Source: an uncultured Trueperaceae bacterium (GTDB lineage: Bacteria > Deinococcota > Deinococci > Deinococcales > Trueperaceae). Taken from it: 64,000 nucleotides of DNA. A program made the translations under genes and the position numbers. Below are positions 32,243-42,949 of this stretch, piece after piece. Location: NCBI GenBank assembly GCA_963727505.1, contig CAVSGP010000004.1, positions 352,001-416,000 on the forward strand, written 5' to 3'. The notes under the pieces were generated by a model. The model was not told where the DNA came from. It worked only from the letters and a program-made list of their open reading frames with translations, and ran no database searches. Each line of letters starts with the position of its first letter. Positions within the stretch are counted from its first letter, which is position 1.

Positions 32243-33160
32243 ATGGAGTCACCGATCGACCACGGACGGCTGGGGCTGGTGCTCTCGGGCGGTGGCGCAC
32301 GAGGCTTCGCACACATCGGGGTGCTGCGGGTGCTCGAACGCGAGGGGGCCCGCTTCGACGTCATCGCCGGAACCTCGATGGGCGCCATCCTGGGCGCGTT
32401 CTACGCCAGCGGCCACCGCGCCGACGACCTCTACCGCCTCGCCGACACCACAAGCTGGCGCGAGGTCGTGGACCTTTCGTTGCAGACCGGCCTGTTCAAG
32501 GGCGACCGACTCGAGGCGTTCCTTGCCGACCACCTGCCCGCCACCTTCGACCGGCTCGACGTGCCGCTCGCCGTGACCACGACCGACATCGAGACCGGCG
32601 AGGGAGTCGTTCACATGGAGGGCGATCTCGTGCGCGCGGTGCGTGCCTCGAGCAGCTTCCCCGGAGCCTTCGAGCCGATCCAGTTCCAGGGGCGCACGCT
32701 GGCCGACGGCGGGATCGTCAACAACCTGCCGGTGGGGGCCGCCACCCTGCTCGGCGCCACGCGCTGCATCGCCTCGGACGTCACCGCCCCGCGCCGCTCC
32801 GTCTACGCGTCGGCGCCCAATGACGGCAACTGGTGGGAGCGGATGGTCCAGACCGTGCGACTCGAGCGCCGCACGCCCATGGCGCAGATGCTGTTCCGCA
32901 CGAGCGACATCACGCAGGCCATCCTGGTCGACATCCAGTACAGCCTTCATCCGGCCGATCTTCGCATCCGACTCGACATGCCCGAGGTGCGCATGGAGTC
33001 CTTCCGCGACTTCCGCAAGATCGTGAGTTACGGGGAGGAGACCGCGGAACGCGCGCTGGACGCAGTCGGCGGGCTGGACGCCCTGCTCGCGCCACCGCGC
33101 TCCGATACGCCCGAGCGCACGGTGACCAGGCCCCGCGACCCGAGCCCCCGCACCCGCTGA
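32243..33160 (+). CDS. Patatin-like phospholipase
   Basis: LSGGGARG, GTSMG, DGG motifs. Confidence 0.92.
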   Translation: MESPIDHGRLGLVLSGGGARGFAHIGVLRVLEREGARFDVIAGTSMGAILGAFYASGHRADDLYRLADTTSWREVVDLSLQTGLFKGDRLEAFLADHLPATFDRLDVPLAVTTTDIETGEGVVHMEGDLVRAVRASSSFPGAFEPIQFQGRTLADGGIVNNLPVGAATLLGATRCIASDVTAPRRSVYASAPNDGNWWERMVQTVRLERRTPMAQMLFRTSDITQAILVDIQYSLHPADLRIRLDMPEVRMESFRDFRKIVSYGEETAERALDAVGGLDALLAPPRSDTPERTVTRPRDPSPRTR

Positions 33161-33216
33161 CCCGAACCGTTCGCAGGCTGCAGACCGGGCTCCTGCACGG
33201 CGTTAGACTGCTCGCC

Positions 33217-33933
33217 GTGAGCCGAGTGAACGGGAAGCCCCCGAACGACGGCGTCCCGTCCGGAGCGGTCGTGACGGCCGGCGGCCGCGCAGCGCGCCCA
33301 GCCGCCGTGCGTTGGCTGACCCTGGGCCTGGCGTCGGTCCTGGTCGGTCTGCTGTTCAGCCTGTTCGTCGCCGGCGTGGTCGTGGTGCACGGTCACTCCA
33401 TGGAGCCCACGCTCCACAACAACGAGCGCGTGCTGGTGCTGCGCACCGGGTCCTGGCTGCACAGGCTGGGATGGGACGCCTTCGAACCCGGCGACATCGT
33501 GTTCTTCCCCGACCCCACGCGCAAGGCGCCAGCGTTCGCCCGCCTGCTGAGCCCGCACCTGCTCATCAAGCGCATCGTGGCCGGGCCGGGCCAACGCGTC
33601 GGCATACGGGCGGGTGTGCTGTACGTCGACGGGCGGGCACGGCCGGAGCGCTACCTCGCCGGCGCGTTCCGAGGCCTCGGCAGCGTGCCGGCGACGCGCG
33701 TCCCGGCAGGTCACGTCTACGTCATGGGGGACAACCGCCGTCCGACGGCATCGTTCGACTCACGCAGGTTCGGGGCCGTGCCGACCGGCTCCATCGAGGG
33801 GCGGGCGATCCTGGTGGTGTGGCCGCTGCTCAGGCGCTCCACCGACGGCTGGAGCTGGAATGTCCGCCTCCTGAACGCACGGCGCGACAGCGCTGCCCCG
33901 CCGGCGACCCGCCGTGCCGCTGCCGCCCGCTGA
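33217..33933 (+). CDS. lepB: Signal peptidase I
   Basis: TM helix, GHSMEPTL (Ser), IKRIV (Lys), GDNR..SFDSRRFG. Confidence 0.92.
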   Translation: MSRVNGKPPNDGVPSGAVVTAGGRAARPAAVRWLTLGLASVLVGLLFSLFVAGVVVVHGHSMEPTLHNNERVLVLRTGSWLHRLGWDAFEPGDIVFFPDPTRKAPAFARLLSPHLLIKRIVAGPGQRVGIRAGVLYVDGRARPERYLAGAFRGLGSVPATRVPAGHVYVMGDNRRPTASFDSRRFGAVPTGSIEGRAILVVWPLLRRSTDGWSWNVRLLNARRDSAAPPATRRAAAAR

Positions 33934-33986
33934 CACCCGATCGACACCCGATCGACACCGAGGACGGCCGGCGGTCGGGCGCCGCG

Positions 33987-34580
33987 CTAGCCCGCCTCGG
34001 ACAGCCGCCCGTCAAGACCGAGCGCGTCGGCGCGCTCCTGCATGGCGGCCAGCACGAAGCCCACGTGATCCCACAACTCGACGCCGAGCTCCGATGCGCC
34101 GACACGTACGTCCTCACGGTTGACGCCGCGCGCGAAGGCCTTGTCCTTGAACTTCTTCTTGAGGCTCTTGACCGTCTGGTTGGCGATGTCGCGGTCCGGG
34201 CGCACCAGCACCGCCGCCGTGATGAGCCCGGTGATCTCGTCGCAGGCGAAGAGGGTGCGGGCGAGCGGCGTGCGGCGCGGCACGCCGGTGTAGTCGGCAT
34301 GGCCGAGGATGGCGTCCGTCACCACCTCGGGGTAACCGAGCTCCTTCAGCTTCGCGACCCCCACCCAGGGATGACCGCTCGCGTCCCGGTCGGGATTGGG
34401 ATAGCGCTCGTAGTCGAAATCGTGGAGGATCGCAGCGACCGACCACAGCGTCTCGTCCTCGCCCTGGGCGCGAGCGTAGGCGGCCACCGCCGCCTCCACC
34501 GCCAGCATGTGCTTGCGGAGGCTGTCCGACTCCGTCCAGGACTCCATCAACGCAAGGGCATCGTCACGTGTCGGCGTCAT
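33987..34580 (-). CDS. HD (HDIG) domain protein
   Basis: SLRKHMLAVE, LHDFDYE, ACDEITG, KKKFKDKAFARGVNRE. Confidence 0.88.
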   Translation of the reverse strand: MTPTRDDALALMESWTESDSLRKHMLAVEAAVAAYARAQGEDETLWSVAAILHDFDYERYPNPDRDASGHPWVGVAKLKELGYPEVVTDAILGHADYTGVPRRTPLARTLFACDEITGLITAAVLVRPDRDIANQTVKSLKKKFKDKAFARGVNREDVRVGASELGVELWDHVGFVLAAMQERADALGLDGRLSEAG

Positions 34581-34627
34581 GCGCCAGTGTAACCGAGCCC
34601 TCCGCCGAGCCCCCGTATACTCGCGCC

Positions 34628-35320
<693 letters not shown>

Positions 35321-35361
35321 CCTCGCGCCGCGGACGAGCCGGCCGTGGCGCGCCCGCCGCG

Positions 35362-37902
35362 TCAGGCCCAGCGCACCGCGTGCGCGTCCACCGGCGTGGC
35401 CAGGAGCGGGTGCACCGCGTAGGCGCGCACGCCGTACGCCAGCCGCCCGCTCGCGTCGGGCCGGAACCGCACCTGGTAGTGCGTCCCGCCGTCCGAAAAA
35501 GCGTCGACCTTGCTCATGGGCACCACGTGAAGGTTGCGCTGGAGGGCATCCTCCTCGGGGCTGTAGACCACCTCGACCCGGATCTCGTCGTCCGACAGAC
35601 CCCGCGGGTTGAGAACAGCACTCACCTCGAGCTCCTCACCGATGCGGCGGAGCTGGCCCTCGACCGGCTCGGCGCTGAAGTACACCTCGGGCCACTGATC
35701 GGCCACGTGCTTCTTCCACGCGGCCAGCTCGGTCGCCTTGCGGTAGCCGTTCGCCGCCATCGCCTCACCGCGTCGCGCTGCCGGCGCGTAGTACGTGGAC
35801 ACGTAGTCCTTCACCATGCGCTGCGCGTTGAAACGCGGCGCCACCGTGGCGATCGCCTCCTTGACGCGCGTCAGCCAGTCGAGGGGAACGCCGTTGCCGT
35901 CACGGCGATAGTAGAGCGGGATCAGCTCACGCTCCAGGATGGCGTACAGCGCGTCGGCGTCCTCGGCGTCGGCCCGTTCGTCGTCCTCGAAGGTGCGCGC
36001 CCCGCCGATGGCCCAGCCGTTGGTGCCGTCGTAGCCCTCGGGCCACCAGCCATCGAGGATGGAGAGGTTCAGGATGCCGTTCATGGCTGCCTTCTGGCCG
36101 CTCGTGCCCGAGGCCTCCAGGGGCCGGCGTGGATTGTTGAGCCACACGTCCACGCCGCGCGTAAGGGCCCGCCCGATCGCCATGTCGTAGTCCTCCACGA
36201 AGAGGATGCGCCCGGCGAAGCGGGGGTCTTTCGAGAGGTTGTGGATGTGCGCGATGAGCGCCTGTCCCGCCTCGTCCGCCGGGTGCGCCTTGCCTGAGAA
36301 CACCAGCTGCACGGGCCGATCGGGATCGCCGAGGATGCGCTCGAGCCTGTCCAGGTCGCGAAAGATCAGGGTGGCACGCTTGTAGGTGGCGAAGCGCCGC
36401 GCGAACCCGATGGTGAGCGCTCCCGCGTCGAAGAGCTGGCCGGTGTCCTTGAGGGCGGTGGGGCTGGCCTCATGGCGGTCGAGCTGGCGCAGCACACGCC
36501 GGCGCAGGAACCGCACGCTCTGTGCCTTCAGGCTCTGCCGCACCTTCCACAGCGCGCCGTCGTCGAGTTCGCGCACGCCGTCCCACATAGCGAGGTCGTC
36601 GAAGCGCTCGGGCCAGTCCTCCGGCAGCACCGTCCCCAGCAGATCCTGCACCTCAGGCGCCATCCAGCTCGACAGATGCACGCCGTTGGTGACGTGGCGA
36701 ATCGGGATCTCGTCGACCGGCACGTCGGGCCACAGGTCGTTCCAGATGCGCCGGCTGGTCTCGCCGTGCAGTCGTGCGACGCCGTTGCGCCCGGACGAGA
36801 AACGCAGAGCCAGCGCCGGCATGCTGAACACCGCCCCCCAGCCGTGGTCGGCCTTGCCGAGCTCATGGAACTCCTGCTGCTTGAGGCCAAGGCTCCCCCA
36901 GAAGCCGCCGAAGCCCTGGTTCACGAGATCGAACGGGAAGGCGTCGTTGCCGGCAGCGACCGGGGTGTGCACCGTGAACAGGGTGTTGGCGGTGACCACT
37001 TCCCTCGCCTGCGCGAACGACAGGCCGTCGGCCACCAGCTCGCGGCAGCGCTCCAGCACCATGAAGGCGCTGTGCCCCTCGTTCATGTGCCAGGCGCTGG
37101 GGCTCACACCGAGGGCGCGCAGCATACGCACGCCGCCGACGCCAAGGATGATCTCCTGCGCCACGCGGGTGCGCTGATCGCCGCCGTAGAGCCGCCGCAA
37201 GATCTGCCGGTCGTCGGCGTGGTTGTCGCCGAAGTCGACGTCGAGCAGGTAGACCCGGGCGCGCCCCGCGCGGACCGTCCAGGCGCGCAACGCGACCTCG
37301 CGCCCGAACACTTCGACGCGCGCGGTCACCGGCTCCCCTTCGCCGTCAACGGCTAGCGTCAAGGGCAGGTCGGCGGGACTGTGCCGTACGTACACCGCCT
37401 CCTGCCGGCCGTCGCTGGCTACCCGTTGGTGGAAGTAACCCTCCGGGTAGAAGAGTCCCACCGCGACCAGGGGCACGCCGAGGTCGGAGGCGGCCTTGGT
37501 GTGATCGCCGGCGAGCACGCCGAGGCCCCCCGAGTACAAGGCGACAGCCTCGTGCCAGCCGTACTCCGCGCAGAAGTAGGCGTAGAGGTCGTCCGGTTGC
37601 CCGATGTGGTGCTGGAACCAGCTCGGCGCGGAGAGGTAGGCGTCGAAGCGCTCGACCACCCTCGCGTAGGCCTCCAGGTACTCCGGGTCGGCTGCGGCGG
37701 CGTCCAGGCGCTCCTGGCCGATGTCACGGATCAGCACGATGGGGTTGTGGTTCGACGCCTCCCAGAGCTCGCGATCGAGCTGCCGGAAGAGGCGGCGAGC
37801 GTCGGGCTCCCACGTCCAGTACAGGTTGTGCGCCAGGTCCTCGAGGCGTTGGATAGGCTCGGGTATGCGGGGAAGTACGGTGATGTGTCCAAGTATGTTC
37901 AT
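35362..37902 (-). CDS. glgP: Alpha-glucan (glycogen/maltodextrin) phosphorylase
   Basis: YSGGLGVLAGD, HMNEGH, FARRFATYKRA, EASGTSGQKAAMNG. Confidence 0.96.
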   Translation of the reverse strand: MNILGHITVLPRIPEPIQRLEDLAHNLYWTWEPDARRLFRQLDRELWEASNHNPIVLIRDIGQERLDAAAADPEYLEAYARVVERFDAYLSAPSWFQHHIGQPDDLYAYFCAEYGWHEAVALYSGGLGVLAGDHTKAASDLGVPLVAVGLFYPEGYFHQRVASDGRQEAVYVRHSPADLPLTLAVDGEGEPVTARVEVFGREVALRAWTVRAGRARVYLLDVDFGDNHADDRQILRRLYGGDQRTRVAQEIILGVGGVRMLRALGVSPSAWHMNEGHSAFMVLERCRELVADGLSFAQAREVVTANTLFTVHTPVAAGNDAFPFDLVNQGFGGFWGSLGLKQQEFHELGKADHGWGAVFSMPALALRFSSGRNGVARLHGETSRRIWNDLWPDVPVDEIPIRHVTNGVHLSSWMAPEVQDLLGTVLPEDWPERFDDLAMWDGVRELDDGALWKVRQSLKAQSVRFLRRRVLRQLDRHEASPTALKDTGQLFDAGALTIGFARRFATYKRATLIFRDLDRLERILGDPDRPVQLVFSGKAHPADEAGQALIAHIHNLSKDPRFAGRILFVEDYDMAIGRALTRGVDVWLNNPRRPLEASGTSGQKAAMNGILNLSILDGWWPEGYDGTNGWAIGGARTFEDDERADAEDADALYAILERELIPLYYRRDGNGVPLDWLTRVKEAIATVAPRFNAQRMVKDYVSTYYAPAARRGEAMAANGYRKATELAAWKKHVADQWPEVYFSAEPVEGQLRRIGEELEVSAVLNPRGLSDDEIRVEVVYSPEEDALQRNLHVVPMSKVDAFSDGGTHYQVRFRPDASGRLAYGVRAYAVHPLLATPVDAHAVRWA

Positions 37903-38050
37903 GGGTAGGGGGGGACTTCCCGGAAGCGGGAATCGCCGATCAGTCTAGCACCCGGCCCCGGTCGCTCCGGAAGGGGCTGGCCTACACGCCGCCCGCCGTG
38001 GCGGGCCCGCCACTGGCCTCGGCGCCCGCTCAGGAGGCACACTGGAGTCC

Positions 38051-39022
38051 ATGGCACGCGCCCCCCGCTTCCTTCCTCGCCTCGCGTTCGCAGCCCTTCT
38101 CCTCGCGCTCGCCGTGCCCGCGGCGGCCCGCGCCCAGACGCTGCGCCTCGGCGTGGCCGTCGGCGACCCCGGCATCGCCCCGCGGGCGTCGCTACGCGTG
38201 GAGAACGCCCGCGTCGGAAGCAGCCGCGTGATGCTCGGCCTTGCCTACGACGGCGCCGCTCAGCTCGATCTGGGGATGCAGGCGAACGAGACCTTCGGCC
38301 CACTGGGCAACGTCGTCGGGGAGGCAACGATGGCGCTGCGGACCGACGGCGCTGTTCAGGGCGCGCTCGGCGTGCGCGGCGTGCTGGGCCCGGTGGCCTT
38401 GGGCGTTCGGCTGTCGGGCTTCACGGATCCACCCGAGCGCTTCGACCCGCGGATGGTGGCCGGCGCCACGCGCCCCACCTTCGCCGCCGGGGGCTGGGGC
38501 CTGGCGCTCGACGCCAGCGGCCGCCCCGCTCGATCGTGGATCGTGGAGGCGAGCCCGCAGCTCTACCTGCTCCCAACCGGCGCTGCCTGGCGCGCCGACG
38601 CCCGCCTGCGCCGGCTGCGCGCCATCGGCCCGCACGAGCTGTCGCTCCGCCTCCGGGGCTACTTGCCGCCGGGAGCCGGCGGCGACGCCGCCGTCGGGCT
38701 GGGGTTCACCTACCACCGGCGCCGTGCGCCCGACCTCGACGGAGCGCTCTACCTGGGGGTGGGAGCGAGCGGCTTCGCCCCCGGCGCCACGGCATCGCTG
38801 TCACAAGCGCTGGGTCCGGTGCAGGCCACCCTCGGGGTGGACGCCGAACCGTACCGGCGCGACGTGCCCCCCTACCGCGCACACCTCGACCTGTCCTTCG
38901 ATCTGGGAGCGGGGAACGCCACCGTGAGCGGGGCGGCCGCTTCGGGTCCGGGCGGGTCGTCGGCAGTGCTGGCCCTGAGCTACGCACTGGCCGTCGCGCT
39001 GCCGAGAGCGCCTGCACCGTAG
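38051..39022 (+). CDS. Secreted hypothetical protein, possible outer-membrane beta-barrel
   Basis: Signal peptide ending AAARA-Q; many alternating beta-strand segments; C-terminal VLALSYAL. Confidence 0.55.
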   Translation: MARAPRFLPRLAFAALLLALAVPAAARAQTLRLGVAVGDPGIAPRASLRVENARVGSSRVMLGLAYDGAAQLDLGMQANETFGPLGNVVGEATMALRTDGAVQGALGVRGVLGPVALGVRLSGFTDPPERFDPRMVAGATRPTFAAGGWGLALDASGRPARSWIVEASPQLYLLPTGAAWRADARLRRLRAIGPHELSLRLRGYLPPGAGGDAAVGLGFTYHRRRAPDLDGALYLGVGASGFAPGATASLSQALGPVQATLGVDAEPYRRDVPPYRAHLDLSFDLGAGNATVSGAAASGPGGSSAVLALSYALAVALPRAPAP

Positions 39023-39055
39023 GCAACGCGGCGAGGGCGCGACCCTGGGCCGCGA

Positions 39056-40264
39056 TCAGCGCGGAACGGCGATCAGCTCACCGCTGTTGAGATCGAGGCG
39101 GAACACGCCATGCTCCGGGACCGCCCGCAGCACCTTGGTGGAGCCGTCGGGGCCGCGCAGCTCGAAGGTGTGCAACCCCGGCTGCAGGCTCACGGCGAAG
39201 CCGCCGTTCTGAACGACACCGTCGATCGACACTACCTGCGCGCGGCTCTCCGACCAGAACACCAGCGGGTCGCTCACCGGTTTGAGCGTCACAGCGACGC
39301 GGGTGACGCGGTAGTTCCTCACCAGGACAGCGAAGCTCTCGGCGTCGAAACCCGAGCGCTCGAGCCTGACCGTGTGGTTGCCGGGCAGTGCGGGCAGCGT
39401 CAGCGGCGTCATCCCCTCGCGCGCGCCGTCGAGGAACACACGCGCCTCGGGCTTGGCCGAAAGCTGGATGCTGCCGCCCGAGATGGCGGTGAGGATGACG
39501 TGCACGAAGCTGGTGTCGTCAGCACGGATCTCGACCGAGCGCGTCTCGGGGAGGAAGCCCTCCTTGCGGACCTCGAGGTCGTGGCGTCCGGGCTCGAGCA
39601 TCAGCACGTCGAGCTTCGAGGTGCGCCCCACCGCCACCCCGTCGAGGAACACCTCGGCGTCCCCCGGCTCGCTGGAGATGAAGAGCCCGGCGCTGCCCTT
39701 CGGAAGGCTCACGGCCGCGCCCGTGAAGCCGGCGACGGCGGCGGCGAGCGCTTCGGCAGTGCCGTCGACGGCACTCGGCTGCAAAGGCCGGCTGATGAGG
39801 TCGGTGTTGCGCTTGCGCTGCGCGTCCACCACGATGAGGTTCACGGTGTAGGGCTCGCCGCCCTGCACCTGGCTCCGCGCGATCTCGCCGGACACCGCGT
39901 AGCGCGCGTTATCGAGCTCCGCGATGAGCATGGCGAACTCCGGCTCGAGGCTGCCCGCGATGCCGGGCGTGATGAGCTCTCCGGTCCTCACGCTCAAGCC
40001 GGTGGCCTGGGCGATCGCCTGCCTCAGGGCCGGCATGAAGCTGTCGACCACCTCCGCGGGTACGCCGCCCCGGGTGCCGAAGGTCGGCACCGAGATCTGT
40101 GCCGCGGCCGAGGACAGCAACGCCAGCAACGCCGCCAGCGCAAGCACCCGCAGGCTCCGCACGCCGACCACGCCCGCTCCCGCGGCCGCTCGCGTACAGG
40201 GATGAAGCCAACAGGAACGACGTCGCTCGGCCAGAAGCCCGCGGCGCTGGGACGGGCTGTGCAT
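39056..40264 (-). CDS. PEGA domain-containing secreted protein
   Basis: LFISSEPGDAEVFLDG..GRH..EVRKEGF and a second PEARVFLDG..TPL..GNHTVRLERSGF repeat. Confidence 0.85.
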   Translation of the reverse strand: MHSPSQRRGLLAERRRSCWLHPCTRAAAGAGVVGVRSLRVLALAALLALLSSAAAQISVPTFGTRGGVPAEVVDSFMPALRQAIAQATGLSVRTGELITPGIAGSLEPEFAMLIAELDNARYAVSGEIARSQVQGGEPYTVNLIVVDAQRKRNTDLISRPLQPSAVDGTAEALAAAVAGFTGAAVSLPKGSAGLFISSEPGDAEVFLDGVAVGRTSKLDVLMLEPGRHDLEVRKEGFLPETRSVEIRADDTSFVHVILTAISGGSIQLSAKPEARVFLDGAREGMTPLTLPALPGNHTVRLERSGFDAESFAVLVRNYRVTRVAVTLKPVSDPLVFWSESRAQVVSIDGVVQNGGFAVSLQPGLHTFELRGPDGSTKVLRAVPEHGVFRLDLNSGELIAVPR

Positions 40265-40338
40265 CGCCTCAGTATAGCCCTGCGCGTCGTCCCTTCTCCT
40301 GTCGGAACGGGGACGGCGGAATGGTATCCTCAGCGCAC

Positions 40339-41097
40339 ATGCGGCATCTGGTCTTGAGCGACGTGCACGCCAACGCTCCCGCGCTCGAGGCGGTGTTGCG
40401 CCACGCCGACTACCGCGGCTACGACGACGTGCTGTTCCTGGGCGATGCCGTGGGCTACTATCCCGACGCCGAGAAGGTGGTCGCGCTTCTGCGCTCGTTG
40501 AAGCCCAGGGCGAGCATCCTGGGCAACCACGACGCCGCGTTGCTCGCCATGGCGGGCGGGCAGAACGCCGGCCACCGCGAGGAGGGTGTCGTCACCGAGG
40601 TGTTGGCCAAGCAGCTCCCCATGCTCTCCGACGACAGCCTGCAGTTCCTCCAGGAGCTCCAGGACCACGTCGTGGACGAAGGCTGGGAGGCGGCGCACGG
40701 GGCGCTGCGCAACCCCTGGGAGTACCTCGCCACCGTTCAGAGCGCGCAGGCCAACTTCCCTCTGCTCGAGCAGCAAGTGTGCCTGGTGGGCCACACCCAC
40801 GTCCCCAAGGTCTTCGCCGCCGTCGAGACGGAGGCCGGTCCCATGTGGCGCACGGTCCAGTTCCGGCAGGAGCGCACGCTCTACCGCATCCCCCCGCGCG
40901 CCCGCCTGTTCGTCAACCCGGGCTCCGTTGGACAACCACGTGACGGCATCCCCCTGGCCGCCTACGCCCTCTTCGACGACGCGGCGAGCACCTTCGAGCT
41001 GTTCCGGGTGGAGTTCGACATCCTCGCGGCGCAGCAGTCGGTCCGCTCGGCGGGCTATCCCGAAGTCCTGGCGGCGCGACTGGCGGTGGGCCGCTGA
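40339..41097 (+). CDS. Calcineurin-like metallophosphoesterase
   Basis: SDVHAN, LGDAVGY, GNHD, GHTH, NPGSVGQPRD. Confidence 0.92.
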   Translation: MRHLVLSDVHANAPALEAVLRHADYRGYDDVLFLGDAVGYYPDAEKVVALLRSLKPRASILGNHDAALLAMAGGQNAGHREEGVVTEVLAKQLPMLSDDSLQFLQELQDHVVDEGWEAAHGALRNPWEYLATVQSAQANFPLLEQQVCLVGHTHVPKVFAAVETEAGPMWRTVQFRQERTLYRIPPRARLFVNPGSVGQPRDGIPLAAYALFDDAASTFELFRVEFDILAAQQSVRSAGYPEVLAARLAVGR

Positions 41098-42026
41098 ACG
41101 CTGCCCAGGACATCCTCGGGCACCACTCGGCCCGCGAGTCCCTACGGAGCCTGTACCGCACCGAGGGTCCGCACACCCTGCTCCTGGCCGGTCCCGACGG
41201 GGTGGGGCGGCGTCCCGTGGCGCGCTGGCTTGCCGCAGCGCTCAACTGCGAGGCACCCGACGCCGCGGCCCGCCCCTGCGGGCACTGTTCGAGCTGCCGA
41301 GCGCAGGCGGCGGGCGAACACCCCGACGTGCGCGAGGTGACGCCCTCGCAGACCACACGCAGCGGGCGGCAGCGCCGCCAGCTCGAGATCACCATCGATC
41401 AGCTCGTGACCAGGCCCAACGCCGACCCGGACCCGCTGGGCCCGTGGCTGGAGCATCGCCCCCGCTTCGCGCGCCGTGTCGGGATCATCGACCACGCCGA
41501 AGCGCTCAACGCCAGTGCCGCCAACGCGTTCCTGAAGATGCTGGAGGAACCGCCTCCTTGGGCCGTGATCGTGCTGGTCGCCACCGGCCCCGACGCCCTG
41601 CTCCCCACCGTCGCCTCTCGCTGCGCCACCGTGCGACTGGGCGCGGTCGACGTCAGCTCCTTCGCCGATCTCGAACGGCATCCGGGGTTCCGGCTCGGCC
41701 TACCGGGCCCGCTCGTGCGGGCACGCGAAGAAGAAACCGACTACCGCGCGCTGCAAGACGACGTCGACCGGCTGATCGACGCGCTCGACGGCGAACTCCG
41801 GGAAGCTATCGACGCCGCCGAGGCGCTCGCCAAACGCCTGGACCGCAGCGAGGTCGTCGCACCGATGGCGCTGCTGCGCGAGGCGCTGCGCAAGGCTCCA
41901 CCGTCGGCCTACGCCGCGGCGCTCGACGCTGTGGAACGCTGCGAGAACGCGCTCGAGGCCTACGTCAGCCCGCCGCTCGCCCTCGTCGCACTGGCGCTCG
42001 ATCTGCGCGCCGCGCTCCGCAGGTAG
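41094..42026 (+). CDS. holB: DNA polymerase III delta-prime subunit
   Basis: DILGH, LLAGPDGVG, PCGHCSSC, HPD, AANAFLKMLEEPP, LLPTVASRC; apparent CTG start. Confidence 0.88.
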   Translation: MNAAQDILGHHSARESLRSLYRTEGPHTLLLAGPDGVGRRPVARWLAAALNCEAPDAAARPCGHCSSCRAQAAGEHPDVREVTPSQTTRSGRQRRQLEITIDQLVTRPNADPDPLGPWLEHRPRFARRVGIIDHAEALNASAANAFLKMLEEPPPWAVIVLVATGPDALLPTVASRCATVRLGAVDVSSFADLERHPGFRLGLPGPLVRAREEETDYRALQDDVDRLIDALDGELREAIDAAEALAKRLDRSEVVAPMALLREALRKAPPSAYAAALDAVERCENALEAYVSPPLALVALALDLRAALRR

Positions 42027-42038
42027 GGCCCGACCGGG

Positions 42039-42833
42039 TCAGGCGCGCGTGCGGCTGACCTCGGACGCGGGGAACTCCTCCACCGCGCCCTCCTCGGTTC
42101 GAAGATCGACCGTGCCCTTGAGCGGATTCAGCTTGACGACCCGTCCGCAGGTGCCGCTCTCGTCGTGGCAGGCCCGCCCGCCTTTCTTGGGCATGCCCTT
42201 GAGAAGCTCGCGGTACATGTCGTGCTCGTACTGCAAGCAGCACATCAGGCGCCCGCACGGCCCGCTGATCTTCTCGGGGTTCAGCGGGAGCTGCTGGTCC
42301 CGCGCCATACGGATACTGACGGCGCTGAAGCTCTGCAACCAGGTCGAGCTGCACGAGGCGTCACCGCACGCCCCGAGGGTACCCAGGATGCGGGCCTGGT
42401 CTCGGGGTCCGACGTTGTTGAACTCGATGCGGGCCCGGGTGTGCTGGATGAGCTCCTGCGCCAGCACCCGGAGCGGCGGGTGTTCCTCAGCCGAGTAGCT
42501 CACCAGCATCAACTCCTCGTCGATGGTGAACTCGGCCGCCACGATCTTGACGTCCGCCCCGTTCTGGCGGGCTCTTGCCCGCAGGAGCCACTTGAGGTCG
42601 TCGGCCCGGCGCCTCAGCTCGTCGTAACGGTGCATGTCGTCCTCGAGAGCGTCGCGCACGTAGTGGCCGTGCGCCTTGGAGACGTCCCGCGGCTCCGTGC
42701 GCACGCGCCCCAGCTCCAGCCCGCGACGGGTGCTCACCACGCAGCGAGTGCCCACCTGCGGTGGGGTCGGCGGCGCCTCCATGTAGTGGATCTTCGGTCC
42801 GTTGTCGAACTTCACACCGATGCACTCGGGCAT
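42039..42833 (-). CDS. PSP1 domain protein (RicT/YaaT-like)
   Basis: LGACG..CS, SIRMARDQQLPLNPEKISGPCGRLMCCLQYE. Confidence 0.9.
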   Translation of the reverse strand: MPECIGVKFDNGPKIHYMEAPPTPPQVGTRCVVSTRRGLELGRVRTEPRDVSKAHGHYVRDALEDDMHRYDELRRRADDLKWLLRARARQNGADVKIVAAEFTIDEELMLVSYSAEEHPPLRVLAQELIQHTRARIEFNNVGPRDQARILGTLGACGDASCSSTWLQSFSAVSIRMARDQQLPLNPEKISGPCGRLMCCLQYEHDMYRELLKGMPKKGGRACHDESGTCGRVVKLNPLKGTVDLRTEEGAVEEFPASEVSRTRA

Positions 42834-42949
42834 GGTCCTCTCTCCCTCGCTCCCCGTCGGTCCAGCCTGCTTCGCGACGACGCGCTCGATGCAACGTAGC
42901 CGCGGGAGCGCCGCGCGGGGGCGCCTCCCACCGAGGGGGACGCACCATT

